Source of the DNA: Phycisphaerae bacterium
Lineage (GTDB): Bacteria; Planctomycetota; Phycisphaerae; Sedimentisphaerales; Anaerobacaceae
Assembly: GCA_030608075.1 (NCBI GenBank)
Contig: JAUWIU010000034.1
Span: 1-19,683 of the forward strand
Direction: 5' to 3'
Length of the DNA: 19,683 nucleotides
Of this stretch, positions 16,881 through 19,683 are shown piece after piece (position 1 is the stretch's first letter; every line of letters begins with the position of its first letter). The position numbers and the translations under genes were made by a program. The notes under the pieces were generated by a model that was not told the origin of the DNA, did no database searches, and worked only from the letters and a program-made list of their open reading frames with translations.

Positions 16881-17301
16881 TCCGCGGGGGATATTCTTTG
16901 TACAGTTTATAGTAATCGTTTAGTAATTCGGTCTCTGCCTGTTTTAGGGATTCCGCAGTGCCAAAAGGTTTATAAGCAATTTCGATACCGCCATAGTGGG
17001 TAATAATGTAACGGTATAAAGGCGAATTTTCACCAGAACAAAAAGCCTCAGCATACTTCATATATCTTCTATACAAAGTCTGCTTGGTTTGGCCGATGTA
17101 TACGATATTGCTTTCGGATTTAACTCTTGGTATCTTTTTTTCACAGACAAAGGCATATAAGACATTAGAGACATCCTTTGCTTCTTGAGAACCAAATACT
17201 TGCCTGAACTCACGCAAACAATCCTTTTTAGATTTATGGCTTTGGATGCTATTCGGTAAAGTGGCACAGGAACGAAAGAACTTTGATAGTGTTATAGCCA
17301 T
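16864..17301 (-). CDS. Small protein with a probable GIY-YIG nuclease-like domain, 145 aa.
   Basis: LYAFVCEK followed ~10 residues later by IVYIGQTKQTLYRRYMKY, with a downstream conserved Glu (AETELLNDYYKLY). This fits the GIY-x10-YIG...R...E pattern. Family assignment is by motif only. Confidence 0.5.
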   Translation of the reverse strand: MAITLSKFFRSCATLPNSIQSHKSKKDCLREFRQVFGSQEAKDVSNVLYAFVCEKKIPRVKSESNIVYIGQTKQTLYRRYMKYAEAFCSGENSPLYRYIITHYGGIEIAYKPFGTAESLKQAETELLNDYYKLYKEYPPRNFQRR

Positions 17302-17340
17302 TTCAATTGCCCTTTTCTACTTAAAAAGTTTCCTCCTCAT

Positions 17341-17385
17341 TATAACCGCACCAAGGCCGAGCAGCCAGAGAATACGATTACTTTA
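17341..17385. repeat. Repeat copy D, partial and divergent. AACCGCACCAAGGCCGAGCAG. On the minus strand it ends GGTGCGGTTATAATGAGGAGGAAAC.
   Basis: Aligns with the CACCAAAGCCGAGAAG block and the GCGGTGATGTTGAGAAGGAAAC end of copy C. Lies between two co-oriented minus-strand genes. Confidence 0.4.
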
Positions 17386-17390
17386 TCGCT

Positions 17391-17774
17391 TTAATGTTCT
17401 TCATTTTTTTGCTTCCACTCTTTGTAAAGCTTCTTTATCTCAAGTAACCAAACCCGTAATCTTTCCTCAGGGTCGAGTATAGGTTTTCTTCCAATTTCTT
17501 CAAAAAGACCCACAAAAAACCCTTTTCCTGGTAACTGGGCACCTTCCTTGTGTATAACTAAAGCTGACAAAAGAGGGTTGCCCTTTTTGTGTTCTTCCGA
17601 GGAAATTTCACCCAGAATATCTCTCAGTTTTTTATGCTGACCTTCTTCCCAAGACTCCTGTTCGTTAATACCCATCTCATGTAATAAATCCCCGTATGTA
17701 ATAAGGTCTTCCTTTGAGGCAAGTTCTTTGAGTCGCTTATATACATATTCTTTCATTTGAGCGTAATTCAGCAT
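17391..17774 (-). CDS. Hypothetical protein, 127 aa.
   Basis: Clean ORF with ATG start, co-oriented with its neighbours. Charged, no TM segment. No family recognized. Confidence 0.55.
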   Translation of the reverse strand: MLNYAQMKEYVYKRLKELASKEDLITYGDLLHEMGINEQESWEEGQHKKLRDILGEISSEEHKKGNPLLSALVIHKEGAQLPGKGFFVGLFEEIGRKPILDPEERLRVWLLEIKKLYKEWKQKNEEH

Positions 17775-17793
17775 TATGCTATCTTTCCTTTTC

Positions 17794-17880
17794 AGCGTTT
17801 CCTTCTCAACATCACCGCCTGTCGTGAGCGAAGCCGAACGGCACCAAAGCCGAGAAGCAAAATAGGAAGCGGTTCAGTCA
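17794..17880. repeat. Repeat copy C, the longest. Core TTCTCAACATCACCGC at 17804-17819. CTTCTC...GAGAAG arms flank a ~45-nt loop.
   Basis: Homologous to A, B and D (see the findings). On the minus strand it begins at the TGA stop of ORF 17874-18176 and ends ~35 nt before the start of ORF 17391-17774. Confidence 0.6.
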
Positions 17881-18176
17881 TCTTTTCTGTTTTTGAATGT
17901 AACAAGAAGTCCGCCAGTTACAGCGACCACAAGAGACCATTGGATTGCCAATCCTTTGCTGTCGATACGCTTGCGGTGATAACTAATCGGTTGCTCGGCC
18001 ATCTCGTCAAGAGACTTTTTTGTAGCAGCCATTTGTTCCAGTGTTAATGGGCTTGCTGGGTAGCGTGGCTTTCGCAATCGGAAAGTAGTAGTATAGTTGC
18101 ACAATTGGGCGAGACCCAATACTACAAAGATAGCAATTCCAGTCCAAAGAATTATCTTCTGTTTTCTGTTCACCAC
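17874..18176 (-). CDS. Small membrane protein, two predicted TM helices, 100 aa (GTG start).
   Basis: Hydrophobic segments IILWTGIAIFVVLGLAQL and LAIQWSLVVAVTGGLLVTF. Only a GTG start is available and the SD is weak. Confidence 0.45.
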   Translation of the reverse strand: MVNRKQKIILWTGIAIFVVLGLAQLCNYTTTFRLRKPRYPASPLTLEQMAATKKSLDEMAEQPISYHRKRIDSKGLAIQWSLVVAVTGGLLVTFKNRKDD

Positions 18177-18207
18177 TTACCGAATCTCGTATGGATTTCA
18201 ATTAACA

Positions 18208-18714
18208 TCAGACGCCAGCAAGCCAGTTTTCGGCCAGAATAGCAAAGTCCAGAGCATTTACCTTGCCATCACCATTGAGGTCGCCAGATAGTTCTGGTTC
18301 CGTTGCAGCAGGTCGAAAATAACCGAGTATTGTTAGCGAGCTGTAAAGTTTGCCAACAATGAAGTACAAGGATTCGCCAGATACAACTACAAGGCAACCA
18401 TCAGGGTATTCCTGCCTATACTGAAAGGGTTCACCTGTAGGCGTACTTCGAAAACTACCGTCAATAACAGTAGTTCCAGATTTTAATTTCCAAAATGTAT
18501 AATAGCCACCAGAGGTTTTAACTCCGTACGAGCTTTCCACATAAGCTCGAAGTAGAACCAATTCTTTGTCTTTGGGTACGGTAGTGACAAGATATTCACC
18601 GCTCTCTACCTTGTGGAGATGGGCAGAGAATCCATCACAGTCCTCACAAAGAGGCGAAGCAAAGAGAGACTCACAGCAGATAAACAGGAAAATATTGAGG
18701 ATTAACTTTTTCAT
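18208..18714 (-). CDS. Secreted protein with a C-terminal dockerin-like / EF-hand-like calcium-binding repeat, 168 aa.
   Basis: Strong RBS (AAGGAGG, 8 nt spacing). Signal peptide MKKLILNIFLFICCESLFA. C-terminal GDLNGDGKVNALDFAILAENWL matches the D-x-N-x-D-G-x-V-N-x-x-D dockerin type-I repeat pattern. Confidence 0.7.
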   Translation of the reverse strand: MKKLILNIFLFICCESLFASPLCEDCDGFSAHLHKVESGEYLVTTVPKDKELVLLRAYVESSYGVKTSGGYYTFWKLKSGTTVIDGSFRSTPTGEPFQYRQEYPDGCLVVVSGESLYFIVGKLYSSLTILGYFRPAATEPELSGDLNGDGKVNALDFAILAENWLAGV

Positions 18715-18774
18715 CGTTTTTACCTCCTTTTGTGTTAAGGCGGTGGCTTCACCAGAGCTGCCGCATTTTTTTGT

Positions 18775-18924
18775 TTACTTATTTTCGGCCTGTTTTTCTA
18801 CTATCATTTCAGCGATGTCTTTTTTATCCCGTTCTGATAGCTTGTAGTTTCTGGTTTGTATGCAGCCATGATAGCAAATAACAAATATTAAAGACATAGC
18901 AAGAAGCAAGGTTTTAATTCTCAT
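18775..18924 (-). CDS. Unannotated small ORF, 49 aa, signal-peptide/lipoprotein-like (MRIKTLLLAMSLIFVICYHGC...).
   Basis: Below the track's 60-aa cutoff. ATG with AGGAGA RBS. Hydrophobic N-terminus followed by Cys residues, and a charged C-terminus (SERDKKDIAEMIVEKQAENK). Confidence 0.4.
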   Translation of the reverse strand: MRIKTLLLAMSLIFVICYHGCIQTRNYKLSERDKKDIAEMIVEKQAENK

Positions 18925-19172
18925 TTTCTTCTCCTTTCAAAAAATCTTTGATATTTTGACGCGCCTGCACCGCGCAGACGCTTAATCCGCACACGCTAAA
19001 CTCCGATTATTCGCGTTTATGCCTCTTCTTCTCTTTCCCCCATTTTTGAAAAGCGATATTATTATAACCGGCTTGGTTTGCTTGTCAAGCAAAAAACTCC
19101 TTTGGGTAAAAATTACGTAGTTTCCACAATAGGGACAAATCGCCAGGAACGCAGCTATTTCTTGCCATTTGA

Positions 19173-19262
19173 CCCCTTGTGCCCTTATGCTCTTATGCTC
19201 TTATGCTCTTGTGCCCTTATGTTCTTGTCTCTTGTGCCCTTGTGCTCTTATGTTCTTGTTCT
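19173..19262. repeat. Tandem array of ~11 copies of an 8-bp unit CYCTTRTG (CCCTTATG/CTCTTATG/CTCTTGTG/TTCTTGT).
   Basis: Read directly from the sequence. The unit length is not a multiple of 3, so the overlapping track ORFs are artefacts. Lies ~50 bp upstream of a strong promoter. Confidence 0.75.
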
Positions 19263-19311
19263 CTCCGTCCTCTGCGCTCTCTGTGGTGAATTCTTTTTAT
19301 TCGTTTTTTTG

Positions 19312-19340
19312 TTGACTTTTGTTTGAAAATCTGTTAAAAT
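19312..19340 (+). promoter_or_regulatory. Near-consensus sigma70 promoter: TTGACT (19312-19317), 17-bp spacer, TAAAAT (19335-19340).
   Basis: Hexamers and spacing read from the sequence. Predicted TSS ~19347, about 310 nt upstream of the next start codon. Confidence 0.55.
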
Positions 19341-19346
19341 ACCTGC

Positions 19347-19655
19347 ATGTTTGCCAGAAGGCAAACGACAAACCGGCCGCAGGCGCCGGATATAGCGGAG
19401 AACCGCACGTTTTCGTATCAGCAGACACACGCCAAAAAGCATTATTTGTCAAGCCAGACAAGGTTTTGAACATTTACATTTGTTTACCCCGTGAGATAGT
19501 GAAGCGTTATCTAATGGGGTGTAATTTGGATTTTGATATTGTTTCGAATTGCGTTATTAGGATTTCGGATTTCAGTCTGCCGGATAACTCCTTATGCAGC
19601 AAGCTCTTATAGCCAACAGAATTATCTGGTTTTTTAGTACATAGGAGGCCTGTTC
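19347..19655 (+). ncRNA. Candidate structured 5' leader / cis-regulatory RNA (riboswitch- or attenuator-like) of the gene starting at 19656. Ends in terminator hairpin CCGGAUAA...UUAUCUGG + U6 (19580-19635).
   Basis: Several hairpins: GTTTGCC-agaa-GGCAAAC at 19349-19366, CCGGC...GCCGG, GCGG-agaa-CCGC, CTTGTC...GACAAG, CCCC..GAGATA...TATCTA..GGGG. A terminator-like stem plus T6 sits immediately before the AGGAGG RBS. The terminator loop contains ACUCCUUAUG, complementary to the SD region CAUAGGAGG. No known riboswitch consensus recognized. Confidence 0.4.
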
Positions 19656-19683
19656 ATGGCTACCGAACCCCAAACCCTACCAA
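19656..19683 (+). CDS. 5' end of a gene of unknown function (MATEPQTLP...), continues beyond the window.
   Basis: ATG with AGGAGG Shine-Dalgarno 8 nt upstream. Only 9 codons are visible. Confidence 0.4.

Noticed and set aside
19173-19262. Possible CRISPR array (and likewise the TTCTCAACATCACCGC repeats at 15476, 16855 and 17804).
   Set aside because: The 8-bp units are far too short and have no spacers. The 16-bp cores are separated by gene-sized, irregular intervals (~1.4 and ~0.95 kb) and are embedded in longer degenerate elements. No cas genes are present.
19355-19380. GGCAAACGAC in the leader resembles the start of a tmRNA tag-reading frame (GCAAACGAC = A-N-D).
   Set aside because: The frame continues for ~90 codons without a stop. 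There is no ...LAA stop-terminated tag, no 5' GGGG / 3' CCACCA acceptor pairing and no T-arm. It is not a tmRNA.
19078-19442. Track ORFs 19078-19326 (+) and 19248-19442 (-).
   Set aside because: They read through the 8-bp tandem repeat array and the promoter. The low-complexity Leu/Cys-rich translation is an artefact of the repeats.
1-19683. tRNA, rRNA, transposase, integrase, or phage structural genes.
   Set aside because: No T-arm / GTTCGAATC-like motifs and no rRNA-like conserved blocks. None of the ORF translations show DDE, tyrosine-recombinase (R..HxxR..Y) or serine-recombinase signatures.

Overview
This looks like a chromosomal window from a Planctomycetes/Verrucomicrobia/Lentisphaerae-like bacterium. 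The left 14 kb is housekeeping and envelope/sugar metabolism, and the right third (~14.7-19.7 kb) is accessory-looking. I found no tRNA, rRNA, CRISPR array, transposase or integrase.

Supported genes, in order:
- SPFH/flotillin membrane protein (233-1747, +).
- Secreted hypothetical protein of unknown function (1805-3342, -).
- Orphan lipoyl-E2 acyltransferase (3638-4711, +).
- Large secreted protein with Asp-box (BNR) repeats and a PA14 domain (4812-7205, -).
- ParA/MinD-type ATPase fused to a C-terminal AMPK-beta/CBM48 glycogen-binding domain (7457-8674, +).
- rbsB/A/C-like sugar ABC transporter (8997-12877, +), whose permease carries an unusual ~120-aa periplasmic insertion.
- purE (13141-13650, -).
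- Memo-like protein (13751-14626, +).
- HigB/HigA-type toxin-antitoxin pair (14765-15462, +) with a promoter-embedded operator palindrome.
- Tat-exported aldo/keto reductase with a C-terminal Cys cluster (15587-16825, -).
- GIY-YIG-like small protein, two small hypothetical proteins, a secreted protein with a dockerin-like C-terminus, and an unannotated 49-aa ORF (16864-18924, -).
- A 5'-partial gene starting at 19656 (+).

Most interesting observations:
1. The ParA-CBM48 fusion, which suggests a glycogen-granule positioning ATPase.
2. Four homologous ~50-90-bp elements sharing the core TTCTCAACATCACCGC. All are in one orientation, each at the 3' boundary of a co-oriented minus-strand gene, next to a TA module. 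This resembles an integron-like cassette array with degenerate attC-like sites, but no integrase is in the window.
3. A near-consensus sigma70 promoter followed by a ~310-nt hairpin-rich leader that ends in a terminator hairpin plus U6, with an anti-SD sequence in its loop, immediately before the RBS of the gene at 19656. This is a candidate riboswitch or attenuator.
4. An ~88-bp array of 8-bp tandem repeats (CYCTTRTG) directly upstream of that promoter.
5. A REP/MITE-like hairpin repeat family at two loci that shows a compensatory stem mutation. The fuller copy is bounded by 12-bp terminal inverted repeats (CTGTTGCGGAAA) and carries GAAA-tetraloop hairpins.
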